Below are positions 46,427 through 56,105 of a stretch of DNA of 64,000 nt, piece by piece. The number at the start of each line of letters is the position of its first letter. Position 1 is the first letter of the stretch. Source of the DNA: Candidatus Peregrinibacteria bacterium (GTDB lineage Bacteria > Patescibacteriota > Gracilibacteria > UBA1369 > LOWO2-01-FULL-3); NCBI GenBank assembly GCA_016206505.1, contig JACQRJ010000036.1:365-64364 (forward strand), read 5' to 3'. The notes under the pieces are model-generated. The model had not been told where the DNA came from. It did not search any database and was given only the letters and a program-made list of their open reading frames with translations. Both the position numbers and the translations under genes were made by a program.

Positions 46427-47895
46427 ATAAGAAAATTTTAACCTTTCTTTGGCTGATAATTGCCGGCGGATCAATCTTCATTTTCAGTCATTACTACAAA
46501 CCAAAAGCGGAAAAAGAGACGAGTTTGCCCGTGATTTCAACCGCAACGGAACTGCAAACAAAAACAGCAACTGAAACATTGGAAATTGAAAACAAAACTT
46601 ATACCAATTCCATCAATCAGGGAGATAAATTTTTAAACAATGGCGACATAAAAAATGCCATTATACATTACAAAAATGCCGTCAGACTAAATCCGCAAAG
46701 TGCTGAGCCCTTAAATCGACTCGGAGAGGCTTATATCTTGAACAATGAACCAAAAGAAGCAGAAGAAATTTTTACCCAGTCTCTAAAGTTTTCCCCGCCG
46801 GAAAATTTCACAAATCTAAAATTACGCATCATCCAAAGCAAACTCGATCAACGCCAAATTGAGCAGGCCAAAGCGCTTTTAACCGAGCTTGATGCCAAAA
46901 ATCTAGAAGTAAAATACTATAATGGCCTTCTCGAAATTCTTTACAAAAATTTTGATAAATCCAAGGAAATTTTTGAGGAAATCGCAAAAACCGAGGAACC
47001 GAAGGACAAAATCTTGGAAGAAAATGTACAAAAATTTCTAAAAAACTATCAGGTTTTCTCATATTATCAGGAAGGAGAAAAGATTTTTCTGGAAACCATG
47101 CTGGCAAAATCTTTTACTGACACGGGACAATATCAGGCTGCGATTCCTTTGCTTTTTGACGTCATAAATCAAAAAAACAATTACGCGGACGCCTGGCTGA
47201 TTTTGGGCTACTCCTACCTCAACATTAATAAAATCCCCGATGCAATCGATGCGCTTACAAAAGCCCAAAATTTAAATGATCAAAAATCCGAAATTTTTTT
47301 CTTTTTGGGTCTAGCCTACTTTGCAAATAACGATCTTGACCAGGCAATCGCCTCGATAAAAAAAGCCGATGAATTGGGATTTGAGCCCAAAGAGCAAATC
47401 AAACTCAAACTTGGCGATATGTATTTGCTGAAGGAAGATTACAAAAATGCCGAAAAACTTTATGATGAATTGATCTCATTGAACACCGACAATATCGATT
47501 TATTTGTCCGCAATGCCTGGCTAAACATTGATAAACTAAAAAGCCCTTTCAAGGCCGTAGATGTAGCTTTCAAAGCGGTCGAAAATCATCCTGACAATGC
47601 CATGAGTTACAATCTCGTCGGCTGGGCGCTTACTGCAAACGGCAACTATGACGAAGCGAAAGGCTACTTTCAAAAAGCGTTAACAATGAACCCAAGACTG
47701 GATGCCGCTTATTTGAACTTCGGCTGGCTTTATGAAAAACAGGGCGCGGAAATTTTGGCAAAAGAGTACTATAAAAAAGCTTTTGAAATCGGTTCCGGCA
47801 ATTCCGTGGCCAATCTTGCAGCCATCCGCTACAATAATCTTTCAAAACCTGAACTCAAAAGTTACTATTCAAAAGTAAATATTTCAGAGCCATGA
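46423..47895 (+). CDS. Membrane-anchored TPR-repeat protein
   Basis: N-terminal TM helix (ILTFLWLIIAGGSIFIF) followed by multiple 34-aa TPR-like units (A..Y..A+.++P....A...LG). Confidence 0.8.
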   Translation: MNKKILTFLWLIIAGGSIFIFSHYYKPKAEKETSLPVISTATELQTKTATETLEIENKTYTNSINQGDKFLNNGDIKNAIIHYKNAVRLNPQSAEPLNRLGEAYILNNEPKEAEEIFTQSLKFSPPENFTNLKLRIIQSKLDQRQIEQAKALLTELDAKNLEVKYYNGLLEILYKNFDKSKEIFEEIAKTEEPKDKILEENVQKFLKNYQVFSYYQEGEKIFLETMLAKSFTDTGQYQAAIPLLFDVINQKNNYADAWLILGYSYLNINKIPDAIDALTKAQNLNDQKSEIFFFLGLAYFANNDLDQAIASIKKADELGFEPKEQIKLKLGDMYLLKEDYKNAEKLYDELISLNTDNIDLFVRNAWLNIDKLKSPFKAVDVAFKAVENHPDNAMSYNLVGWALTANGNYDEAKGYFQKALTMNPRLDAAYLNFGWLYEKQGAEILAKEYYKKAFEIGSGNSVANLAAIRYNNLSKPELKSYYSKVNISEP

Positions 47896-48695
47896 GTCCA
47901 ACAACCATCATTTTATCTTTCTTTTTTGGAGCCATCATCGGCAGTTTTTTAAGCGTCGTGGTTTATCGTACTCACAAAAAGCAAAAAATCGGATTCAAAA
48001 GCCGCTCAATCTGCCCTTATTGCAAACAAAAACTCAAAGCGAGATATTTGGTGCCTTTTTTTTCTTATCTGCTTCTGGGTGGAAAATGCGGATATTGCAA
48101 AACCAAAATCTCACCAAATTATTTTCTGATCGAACTTTTTACCGCAACAATCTTTCTTCTAAGCTTTATGAAATGGACTTTTATTGAGATCAAGCCGGAA
48201 CTGAATTTTCATCTGGATCCACTTCTGCTTTTTCTTTTCCATATCACTGTTTTCAGCTTCCTGATCGCAATCTTTTTCTATGATCTCACGTACAAACTTA
48301 TTCCCGACCGTTTTTCGCTTCCGGCCATCGTCATAGCATTAATAGGCAGTTTGCTTTTAAAAACTATGCCGCCGCTCGAAATCCTGCTCGGCGGATTTGG
48401 CATCTTTTTGTTTTTCGCAGCACAATTCTACTTTTCAAACGGCAAATGGATCGGCGGCGGCGATCTGCGCCTGGGCGCCATCATTGGCTTTCTGCTAGGA
48501 TGGAAATTGGGAATCGTAGCGCTACTTTTGGCTTATGTACTTGGCTCTCTATTTAGCATTCCGCTTCTTTTAACCAAGAAAATAAATCGCAAAACCCAAA
48601 TAGCTTTTGGCCCGTTTTTAATTACCGGAACTTTCATCAGCGTATTTCTTGGCGAAAAAATACTCAACTTTTATCTGATGAATCTGGCGATATAA
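47892..48695 (+). CDS. pilD: Prepilin peptidase (A24 family, PilD-like)
   Basis: CPYCKQKL...GKCGYCKTKI zinc-binding pairs, a polytopic membrane profile, and the active-site regions FFYDLTYKLIPD and GGGDLRLG. Confidence 0.85.
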   Translation: MSPTTIILSFFFGAIIGSFLSVVVYRTHKKQKIGFKSRSICPYCKQKLKARYLVPFFSYLLLGGKCGYCKTKISPNYFLIELFTATIFLLSFMKWTFIEIKPELNFHLDPLLLFLFHITVFSFLIAIFFYDLTYKLIPDRFSLPAIVIALIGSLLLKTMPPLEILLGGFGIFLFFAAQFYFSNGKWIGGGDLRLGAIIGFLLGWKLGIVALLLAYVLGSLFSIPLLLTKKINRKTQIAFGPFLITGTFISVFLGEKILNFYLMNLAI

Positions 48696-48718
48696 AAAAT
48701 CCCTTATCTTAGGAAACA

Positions 48719-48740
48719 CCCCATGCATAAAAACATGGGG
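48719..48740. terminator. Bidirectional terminator hairpin between convergent genes
   Basis: CCCCATG-cataaaaa-CATGGGG, a perfect 7-bp stem. Confidence 0.5.
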
Positions 48741-48758
48741 AGTTTCATTATCTTCCGA

Positions 48759-49475
48759 CTAAAATTTGATGGACTCGATACCAGGTTCCACTGCATCGAG
48801 CAACTCGACACTACCAGGTTCCACCTCATTTTTTAACTTTATATCATCTGTTCCTACCCTTTGCTTTTCGGTAAGAGATAGATTTTCACAATACACATCT
48901 CCCTTCTTTGCTGTTCCGTCCTCGAAAATTGTAAAAACAAACGATGCCTTATTATTGTCTTCGTTAGATTCAGGATATTCATTTTGAGGATCTATTACAG
49001 CAACAAATTCATGTGGCTTACATGCCGTATCTAAGCCGGTTCCTGATAATTCATCAATACGAAATGAATTATAATCCGCACCGTTGCTCCCACTTATACC
49101 ACTATTTTTGAACTTTATAGGAATTTTTACGGTTTTTATAAATTTATTATCAACAAAAAAATCGACTTTTGTCCAAATACTGTAATTATATTTTTTAAAT
49201 TCTTCCCAATTGACATTTTCAGCCGTTAAAACGACGCCAAAACGGGGATTAATATACGTATATTTGGGCTCAGTTAGATTCCCTGAAAAGTGGATAGGGA
49301 TTGTTTCTTTGAATTTCAAATCCAACAATACTGTTGTTGGCGCTTCCAATTCATTCACACCCTTATCATTTAACTTCAGTCTTCCCTGAAAAAGAGAGCT
49401 ATCACTAAAATAAAAAACTGCTGCTAAACCAAACAAAACAAGTAAACCGACTATTACAAATATTTTTGTTTTCAT
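48759..49475 (-). CDS. Secreted hypothetical protein with a CARDB-like domain
   Basis: N-terminal signal/anchor (MKTKIFVIVGLLVLFGLAAV). C-terminal segment EFVAVIDPQNEYPESNEDNNKASFVFTI, which resembles the CARDB E.NE.NN motif. Confidence 0.6.
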   Translation of the reverse strand: MKTKIFVIVGLLVLFGLAAVFYFSDSSLFQGRLKLNDKGVNELEAPTTVLLDLKFKETIPIHFSGNLTEPKYTYINPRFGVVLTAENVNWEEFKKYNYSIWTKVDFFVDNKFIKTVKIPIKFKNSGISGSNGADYNSFRIDELSGTGLDTACKPHEFVAVIDPQNEYPESNEDNNKASFVFTIFEDGTAKKGDVYCENLSLTEKQRVGTDDIKLKNEVEPGSVELLDAVEPGIESIKF

Positions 49476-49560
49476 AGTTTTATAGATTAAATTTTATTTT
49501 TAGAAAACATTATAATTATTCCACATAATCACTTTTTCGTCAAGGGCGGGGCGCATCATC

Positions 49561-50274
49561 TTACACCCTGCCCTGATTTCTCACCTGCTCGGAAGCCTGT
49601 GCAACTTTTTCCTCATCGCCAAGATAATAATGCTTAATAGGTTTCAAATCCTCATCAAGCTCATAAATCAAAGGAATCCCAGTGGGAATATTTAATTCCG
49701 GAATATCCGCATCCGAAACATTATCCAAATATTTCACCAAAGCGCGCAAACTATTACCATGCGCCACAACAATCACCCTCCTGCCCTCTTTCAGATCTAC
49801 AGCAATTTCCTCATCCCAATAAGGCAAAAATCGCTCAACCGTATCCTTAAGACATTCAGCAACCGGCAAATTTTCCCCGGGATACCTCGGATCCAATTTA
49901 TCCAAAGCCGGAGGCCTCACATCATAACTCCTTCGCCAAATCATTACCTGCTCAGACGAACAATATTTTGCCATATCAGACTTGTTAAAACCTTGCAACG
50001 CGCCATAGTGCCTTTCATTCAGCCTCCAGGAACTTTTCACCGGCAAATCATGCACATCCATTTCCTCCAAAATCAAATCGAGCGTACGCGTAGCACGAAG
50101 CAAAACCGAAGTATACGCCATATCAAATTCAAACCCTTCATCCTTTAGCAAACGACCCGCCTCTTTGGCTTCATCCTCGCCCTTATCGGTCAGGCCAACA
50201 TCAGTCCAGCCGGTAAACAAATTATCCCTGTTCCATACACTCTCTCCATGGCGAACCAAAACAAGCTTAATCAT
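49561..50274 (-). CDS. gpmA: 2,3-bisphosphoglycerate-dependent phosphoglycerate mutase
   Basis: [32 protein letters not shown], ...[11 protein letters not shown]. The track start (50283) is a TTG three codons upstream. Confidence 0.9.
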   Translation of the reverse strand: MIKLVLVRHGESVWNRDNLFTGWTDVGLTDKGEDEAKEAGRLLKDEGFEFDMAYTSVLLRATRTLDLILEEMDVHDLPVKSSWRLNERHYGALQGFNKSDMAKYCSSEQVMIWRRSYDVRPPALDKLDPRYPGENLPVAECLKDTVERFLPYWDEEIAVDLKEGRRVIVVAHGNSLRALVKYLDNVSDADIPELNIPTGIPLIYELDEDLKPIKHYYLGDEEKVAQASEQVRNQGRV

Positions 50275-50353
50275 GTAAAGCAATATAAAGACTCTGAAAA
50301 AACTTGCAACTTTCTTTTTGAAAGAAGCCGCTCAAAATGCTAACATACCGCCT

Positions 50354-51379
50354 ATGAAAGCAGTAATTTTGGCAGGCGGATGCGGAACAAGACTTTGGCC
50401 GCTCTCCACAAAAGAAAAACCCAAACAGTTCCACAAACTTTGTTCAGACAAAACAATGCTTGAAGAAGCTGTTTTACGCGTAAACTTTTTGAAAAATGAA
50501 GATATCTACATTGCCATAAACAGAGATCATCTGGAATTGACAAAAAAACTCTGTCCGCAAATCCCCCGGGAAAACATCATTATTGAACCGGTCCTTCGTG
50601 ACACTGCTGCGGCAATCGGCTACAGCACAAAAATCATCGAAGACAAATTTCCCGAAAGCGTTATGGCCATCATCTACGCCGATCAATGGATTAAAAATAC
50701 CGAAAATTTTCAGAAATATCTGAAAATCGCGGCAAAAATCGCCGAAAAACAAAACACTCTAAACATTATCGAAGTGCCAGCAACTTCGCCACACACAGGC
50801 TACGGCTACGTCAAACTTAGCCAAAAAACCGACACGATAGATGGCACCGAAATTTATCAAATCGACTCTTTCAAAGAAAAACCCGATGAAGAAACGGCAA
50901 AAAAATTCGTCAAAGAAGAAAATTACCTCTGGAATACGGGAATTTATGTCTGGAAAAGCAGCGTACTTCTTGAATATTTCAAAAAATATCAGCCGAAAAC
51001 GCATGAAGCACTGATGCAAATGACTTCTGAAGAAAAAGTGGAAGCGATATATCCCACTCTTGAAAAAATCTCTCTGGATTATGCGATCATGGAAAAAGTA
51101 CCGATGGAAAGCATCAGAATCATAAAAGCGGAAAATCTAGGCTGGTCGGATATAGGCGATTTCGAAGCGCTGCACGAAGAACTGCCAAAAAATGATGATG
51201 GCAATATTCTTCGCGGCAATATCAAGTCACACGAGCTCAAAAATTCCCTGGTAATCGACGAAGAAAATAAAGAAATAAAAATTCTCGGATTAAGCGACAT
51301 TGTAATCATAAATACCAAAGACGGCCTGCTTGTGAGTAAAAAATCTCTAACCAAACAGCTCAAGATTCTCGACAAATAA
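50354..51379 (+). CDS. manC: Mannose-1-phosphate guanylyltransferase (nucleotidyltransferase domain only)
   Basis: MKAVILAGGCGTRLWPLSTKEKPKQF, ...GYGYVK..., FKEKPD, WNTGIYVW. Confidence 0.85.
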   Translation: MKAVILAGGCGTRLWPLSTKEKPKQFHKLCSDKTMLEEAVLRVNFLKNEDIYIAINRDHLELTKKLCPQIPRENIIIEPVLRDTAAAIGYSTKIIEDKFPESVMAIIYADQWIKNTENFQKYLKIAAKIAEKQNTLNIIEVPATSPHTGYGYVKLSQKTDTIDGTEIYQIDSFKEKPDEETAKKFVKEENYLWNTGIYVWKSSVLLEYFKKYQPKTHEALMQMTSEEKVEAIYPTLEKISLDYAIMEKVPMESIRIIKAENLGWSDIGDFEALHEELPKNDDGNILRGNIKSHELKNSLVIDEENKEIKILGLSDIVIINTKDGLLVSKKSLTKQLKILDK

Positions 51380-51438
51380 ACCCCTTCCATAATCAAAAAT
51401 TATCGCGTATATTTGCGCCGGTTTAATTTTGAAAAACA

Positions 51439-51846
51439 ATGTTTGACGAAAAACCGGTTCAGATCAAAAACAAGCCATGGGGACGCGAGATCTGGTTTGC
51501 ACATACCGATAAATACGCCGGCAAAATCCTAGAAATCAAAAAAGGTCACCGCTATAGTCTTCAATATCACGAGAGAAAACATGAAACTCAATATGTTCAA
51601 AGCGGACAGGTAAAGCTGATTTACGGTACGGAAAAAGACAATTTGCAGGAAAAAATCCTAAATCCCGGTGACAAAGTGGAAGTCAGTCCTTATACTATCC
51701 ACCGTTTGGAAGCTATGAAAGACAGCCAGGTTTTTGAAGTATCCACTCCCGAGCTCGATGATGTCGTAAAACTTGACGACGACTACGGTCGCAGCGGCAA
51801 AGGAAACGACGAACAGCTCGATCATCAATTACATAAACAATCCTAA
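51439..51846 (+). CDS. Cupin-domain protein (type II mannose-6-phosphate isomerase C-terminal-like)
   Basis: KPWGREIWF...KKGHRYSLQYHERKHETQYV..G......PGDKVEVSPYTIHRLEA...DDVVKLDDDYGR. Confidence 0.75.
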   Translation: MFDEKPVQIKNKPWGREIWFAHTDKYAGKILEIKKGHRYSLQYHERKHETQYVQSGQVKLIYGTEKDNLQEKILNPGDKVEVSPYTIHRLEAMKDSQVFEVSTPELDDVVKLDDDYGRSGKGNDEQLDHQLHKQS

Positions 51847-51857
51847 CACCCTAAAAC

Positions 51858-54800
51858 ATGAAAAGATTTCTTTCCTGGAAAATTTTAGCAGTTTTGATCG
51901 TAACAGTTCTTCTCGGTTTTTTTGATCTCTCCCCCGCTTTACAGGAAAAACTACTCCCATTCCTGCCAAAAGAAGGAGATATCACGGCGGATGGAGAAGT
52001 GGTCACGAAGACGAAAATTCTGCTTGGACTGGACTTGCAGGGAGGCTCACAACTTGATTACAAAATTGACCTTAGAAAAGTTCCTCCGGAAGATCAAAAA
52101 GAAATCATCAATGGTGTAAAAGAAGTTATCGAGCGTCGCGTCAACGGCCTGGGTGTCAGCGAACCAAATATATATACTTCGGAATTGGCCGGAGAAACGC
52201 ATCTGATAGTGGAATTGGCGCAAAATACTAATTTAACGCAAGAAGATGCTGAAAATTATTTTGGCAAAGATAAAAAACTCGAAGAATTGACAGAAGATGA
52301 ACGCAAAACAGCCAGTCTAGAAAAAGCTAAAGCAACAGTCGGAAAAACCATTCAACTCGAATTCAAAGAAAAAAAAGATCAATTGGATCCTCAGGAATTG
52401 GATACGGTGAGACAAAACGCCGAAGCGGCATTGCAAAAGATAAAAAGTGGCGCAGATTACAGCATTATCGGCCAGGAAGAAATGCAGGCTTTCCCGGGAA
52501 AAGTAAAATATGACAAACCGGAATATCAATTCCTGGACAACATTCCTTCAAAAATTCAGGAAGTTATAAAAAGCCTTGAAATAGGAGAAATTCGCAAGGA
52601 GCTGATTGAAACAGGCGGCAATTTCACTATCGACACAAACGGACAAGCCGTAGAAGACACGGGACTTTCCATTATAAGACTCATAGATAAAAAGGAAGAA
52701 AAGAAAACCGATCTGCAGGTTTCTGTAAGCCATATTTTAATCAGCTACAAAGGAGCCGATAAAGCCGATGCCGCGGTTACCAGAAGCGATGAAGAAGCAT
52801 ATGCGCTGGCAAAAGAATTGAAAGTAAAACTCCAAGCCGGAGAAGATTTCGGCACCTTGGCCGAGGGCTATTCCGATGATGCCGGCTCAAAAACCGCAAA
52901 AGGCGTTTTGCCCGCCCCCGTAACCGGAAAAGGAGATTATGTTTATGACTTTGAACAGGCGGCGCTTGCACTGAAAAATGCGGGAGATGTAAGCGAAATA
53001 GTCAAAACGCAATTTGGTTATCACATCATTAAAGCAGATAAAGTCGATAAAGATGTCAAGGACATTAAGTATAAGTATGAAGCAATTACTTTTTCGACAG
53101 TTCCAGATCCCTGGCAAGAAACCGGCCTAACAGGTAAACAATTTATTCATGCCGATGTCCAGGTGGACAATCTTTATCAGCCATACATTCAGATTCAATT
53201 CGACGAAGAAGGCGCCAAGCTTTTTGAACAGATTACGGAACGCAATGTAAACAAACCTGTCGCTATTTTTGTTGGCGGACAGCTTATTTCTTCACCAAAT
53301 GTTCAGGAAAAAATCCCCGGAGGCATCGCCAGAATCACCGGACAATTCACGCAGGAAGAAGCGCAAGCTCTTGCCAGAGATCTAAATACAGGTGCAATCC
53401 CCGCCCCCATCGTTCTAACCGGCGAATACACCATCGGAGCCACCCTCGGCCAGGAAGCATTAAATCAGAGCTTAAAAGCCGGCCTGCTTGGACTGGTTTT
53501 GGTGATTGTCTTCATGATTCTTTATTACAGATTATCAGGCGCAATCGCCGCTTTGGCACTTTTGATTTACACAATTATTTTCATTTTCTTAATTAAAGCA
53601 CAATTACACCTTGGCCTGGCGATTTTGGTCTCGCTTGGAGGCTTCAGCTTTATGATCAGTAAAACACTGCAAAATCAGGATTCGGGATGGGAAAAATTCA
53701 TTACATTCATCTTGAGTTGTATCGCCTTCTTCTTTCTGGCATTCCTGCTCAAAACAGGAGTTGTCATCAGTCTTGCGGGTATTGCCGGTATCGTTCTCTC
53801 AATCGGTATGGCCGTGGATGCAAACGTCCTGATCTTTGAAAGATTCAAAGAAGAACTGAGAAACGGTAAAACTTTCGCCCAAGCCGTTGATATTGGTTTC
53901 AATCGTGCCTGGACAGCTATCCGGGATTCAAATTTTTCAACACTGATAACATGCGCGATTTTATTCTACTTTGGCAGCTCAATCATACGCGGTTTCGCCT
54001 TCAATCTGGCCACGGGTATCATGGTTTCCATGTTCACGGCGATCACAATTACCAGAATGCTACTGCAGAGTTTTGTCGGCAAAAAAATATCCGAAAACCT
54101 CTATCTCTTCGGCATGCCGAAGAAGGAAAAACAAGAAAGTAAATTCTCTTTCACCAAAAGAGCAAATCTTTTTCTGGGCACATCGGGAGTGGCATTTATC
54201 ATCGCCATGATCGCGATTTTCACTTTTGGCCTAAATCTTGGTATCGACTTCAAGGGTGGCACTTTGATGGAATTTAAATTCACAGATAAAGTAACCAAAG
54301 AACAACTTCAGGAGGAAATAACAAAGGCCACTGGGGAAATTAATGAAGCAACTCCGGAAGTAACTCCGGCAGCAGCTCCTGAGGCTCCAACAGAATCTGC
54401 AGCTATAGCAACACCGCAAATCCAACCGGTCCCGATCGAAGGCCTTAGCGCAGAAGAAAACAGCAAAATAAATCTCAAAGGAATGCAGATTTTGCCTGTA
54501 ACCGAAACAAATTACATCGTCAAAACCAAATATCTCACCGCGGAAAATCATGGCAAACTTGTTGCCAGACTAAAAACAACACTCCCGGCATTCACAGAAC
54601 CACGCTTCACAACAATCGGACCGATCATAGGCGAAACATTGCTGCAGAAAGCCATAGTAGCTGTCATCTTCGCTTTGATTATGATTATCGTTTATATCGG
54701 TTTCGCTTTCCGCAAAATGCCAAAATCCGTCAGTCCATGGCGTTTTGGAGCAACAGCGATTATCGCGCTTGTACATGATGTTGGAATTGTCACGGGAATA

Positions 54801-55169
54801 TTTGCAATACTCGGATATTTCTTAAATGTGGAAATCGACGCGCTTTTTATCACAGCAATGCTCACAGTCTTCGGCTATTCCGTAAATGATACCATCGTCA
54901 TCTTCGATCGTTTGAGAGAAAATCTGCTAAGACATGCGGAAAGTAAAGATTTCGGTGAAATTACCGATCAGTCCCTAAATCAAACCATTGCACGCTCAAT
55001 CAATACTTCATTATCTACAATCATTGCTTTGCTTGCTGTACTGATCTGGGGAGCTTCTTCGATTTTCTATTTCGTGCTGGCGCTTACCCTGGGCACTTTT
55101 ATCGGTACCTATTCATCAATTTTCGTTGCCGGCCCGCTTCTGGTAAAATGGAAAGAGTGGCGCTCATAA
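51858..55169 (+). CDS. secDF: Protein translocase SecD-SecF fusion carrying an inserted parvulin-type PPIase domain in the first periplasmic domain
   Basis: LGLDLQGGSQL (SecD N-terminus). Parvulin segment VSHILISYKGA...EDFGTLAEGYSDDAGSKTAKGVL...FGYHIIKADK (nt ~52720-53045). SecD TM bundle (GMAVDANVLIFERFKEE). SecF start (GIDFKGGT) and SecF TM bundle (GYSVNDTIVIFDRLREN). Confidence 0.9.
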   Translation: MKRFLSWKILAVLIVTVLLGFFDLSPALQEKLLPFLPKEGDITADGEVVTKTKILLGLDLQGGSQLDYKIDLRKVPPEDQKEIINGVKEVIERRVNGLGVSEPNIYTSELAGETHLIVELAQNTNLTQEDAENYFGKDKKLEELTEDERKTASLEKAKATVGKTIQLEFKEKKDQLDPQELDTVRQNAEAALQKIKSGADYSIIGQEEMQAFPGKVKYDKPEYQFLDNIPSKIQEVIKSLEIGEIRKELIETGGNFTIDTNGQAVEDTGLSIIRLIDKKEEKKTDLQVSVSHILISYKGADKADAAVTRSDEEAYALAKELKVKLQAGEDFGTLAEGYSDDAGSKTAKGVLPAPVTGKGDYVYDFEQAALALKNAGDVSEIVKTQFGYHIIKADKVDKDVKDIKYKYEAITFSTVPDPWQETGLTGKQFIHADVQVDNLYQPYIQIQFDEEGAKLFEQITERNVNKPVAIFVGGQLISSPNVQEKIPGGIARITGQFTQEEAQALARDLNTGAIPAPIVLTGEYTIGATLGQEALNQSLKAGLLGLVLVIVFMILYYRLSGAIAALALLIYTIIFIFLIKAQLHLGLAILVSLGGFSFMISKTLQNQDSGWEKFITFILSCIAFFFLAFLLKTGVVISLAGIAGIVLSIGMAVDANVLIFERFKEELRNGKTFAQAVDIGFNRAWTAIRDSNFSTLITCAILFYFGSSIIRGFAFNLATGIMVSMFTAITITRMLLQSFVGKKISENLYLFGMPKKEKQESKFSFTKRANLFLGTSGVAFIIAMIAIFTFGLNLGIDFKGGTLMEFKFTDKVTKEQLQEEITKATGEINEATPEVTPAAAPEAPTESAAIATPQIQPVPIEGLSAEENSKINLKGMQILPVTETNYIVKTKYLTAENHGKLVARLKTTLPAFTEPRFTTIGPIIGETLLQKAIVAVIFALIMIIVYIGFAFRKMPKSVSPWRFGATAIIALVHDVGIVTGIFAILGYFLNVEIDALFITAMLTVFGYSVNDTIVIFDRLRENLLRHAESKDFGEITDQSLNQTIARSINTSLSTIIALLAVLIWGASSIFYFVLALTLGTFIGTYSSIFVAGPLLVKWKEWRS

Positions 55170-55182
55170 AAAGCACAGAAAT

Positions 55183-55259
55183 GCGCCCTTAGCTCAATTG
55201 GATAGAGCGCCTGGCTTCGGACCAGGAGGCTGAAGGTTCGATTCCTTCAGGGCGCACCA
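55183..55259 (+). tRNA. tRNA-Arg, anticodon TCG, with genomically encoded CCA
   Basis: A hand-folded cloverleaf. Acceptor GCGCCCT/AGGGCGC. D arm GCTC-AATTGGATA-GAGC. Anticodon arm CCTGG-CTTCGGA-CCAGG. Variable loop AGGCT. T arm GAAGG-TTCGATT-CCTTC. Discriminator A, then CCA. Confidence 0.9.
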
Positions 55260-55293
55260 TTAAGTAGCGAGATTTGCGATCCGTAGCCGAAAC

Positions 55294-55379
55294 GTCACGC
55301 GAATTTAGCGTGACTGAAGGCGCAGGAGAACTTTCGAGAAATCTGCAAACGAACGTGAAGCAAATTTCGACGAAAGTTC
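55294..55379. terminator. Two strong stem-loops between tRNA-Arg and the convergent 195-aa gene
   Basis: GTCACGC (55294-55300) pairs with GCGTGAC (55308-55314). GAACTTTCG (55328-55336) pairs with CGAAAGTTC (55371-55379), and the stem extends inward by 5+3 more pairs. Confidence 0.4.
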
Positions 55380-55398
55380 AGCAAATCCCTATTGAATA

Positions 55399-55986
55399 TT
55401 ATATCAACCCCTGCTCATTGATCCTCCTCTGCACTCTTCCCGCATTTATTATTTGTGCAAAAGCCCTCAGTCCGTGATCATAGGTGTTCTCTGAAAATAT
55501 ATCATCGCAAACCGCATGCAAAAGAAAGTCCAAAGTTTCCCTCCAATGCTCCTCATATTTTGGCTGGGCTATACCGATCACCTTCCTCACAAAATCACTG
55601 CCGCGTTCACGCAAAGCCTTCACATATTTTTGACGATGCAAAGTCACATGGAGCCTCAAGCCTTCACTGCAAATTGCCAAATAATCAAAAGTAAGGCTCC
55701 AAATCCTGTCATATTTTTCATCATCAACATCAAAAATCTCCCTCAAATGAGCCATTCCATGCTTTATATACAAATCTACGAAAAAATCACAATTGGCAGT
55801 CACGCACTTCTGCAATAAATTATGTTCAAAAACCAGATAATCAAAGATCACAAGCCATTCTTCATCGGATAAATTCATACTTTCCTGCAAATGCGTAGGC
55901 CCATCCTGAATATACTTTTCGACCAGGCCGCTCTCGCGCCCAAAAGCATATCTTTCAATCGTCAAATTTTGATCTGTTGGATTCAT
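55399..55986 (-). CDS. Hypothetical all-helical protein (195 aa), divergent from the efflux operon
   Basis: A clean ORF with its own promoter. No family or HTH recognised. Confidence 0.6.
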   Translation of the reverse strand: MNPTDQNLTIERYAFGRESGLVEKYIQDGPTHLQESMNLSDEEWLVIFDYLVFEHNLLQKCVTANCDFFVDLYIKHGMAHLREIFDVDDEKYDRIWSLTFDYLAICSEGLRLHVTLHRQKYVKALRERGSDFVRKVIGIAQPKYEEHWRETLDFLLHAVCDDIFSENTYDHGLRAFAQIINAGRVQRRINEQGLI

Positions 55987-56010
55987 GGGATTTTTTAAGT
56001 CAAGCAGGGA

Positions 56011-56076
56011 ATTATATATAAAAACCGCGATTTGTCAATATATAATGTTGACAAGAGCCATCTTTCTCACAATAAT
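56011..56076. promoter_or_regulatory. Divergent promoter pair whose two TTGACA -35 boxes form an inverted repeat (TTGTCAA-N9-TTGACAA)
   Basis: Plus strand: TTGACA 56048-56053, 17 nt, AATAAT 56071-56076. Minus strand: TTGACA (complement of 56033-56038), 16 nt, TATAAT (complement of 56011-56016). Confidence 0.4.
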
Positions 56077-56105
56077 TGCACCTTATCCAATCGAAGGGAA
56101 AAATC

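Noticed and set aside
55183-55986. An integrated mobile element at tRNA-Arg.
   Set aside because: There is no integrase or recombinase next to the tRNA, and I could find no duplicated tRNA 3' fragment by eye. Only an orphan gene and hairpins follow. I kept it as a low-interest structural observation.
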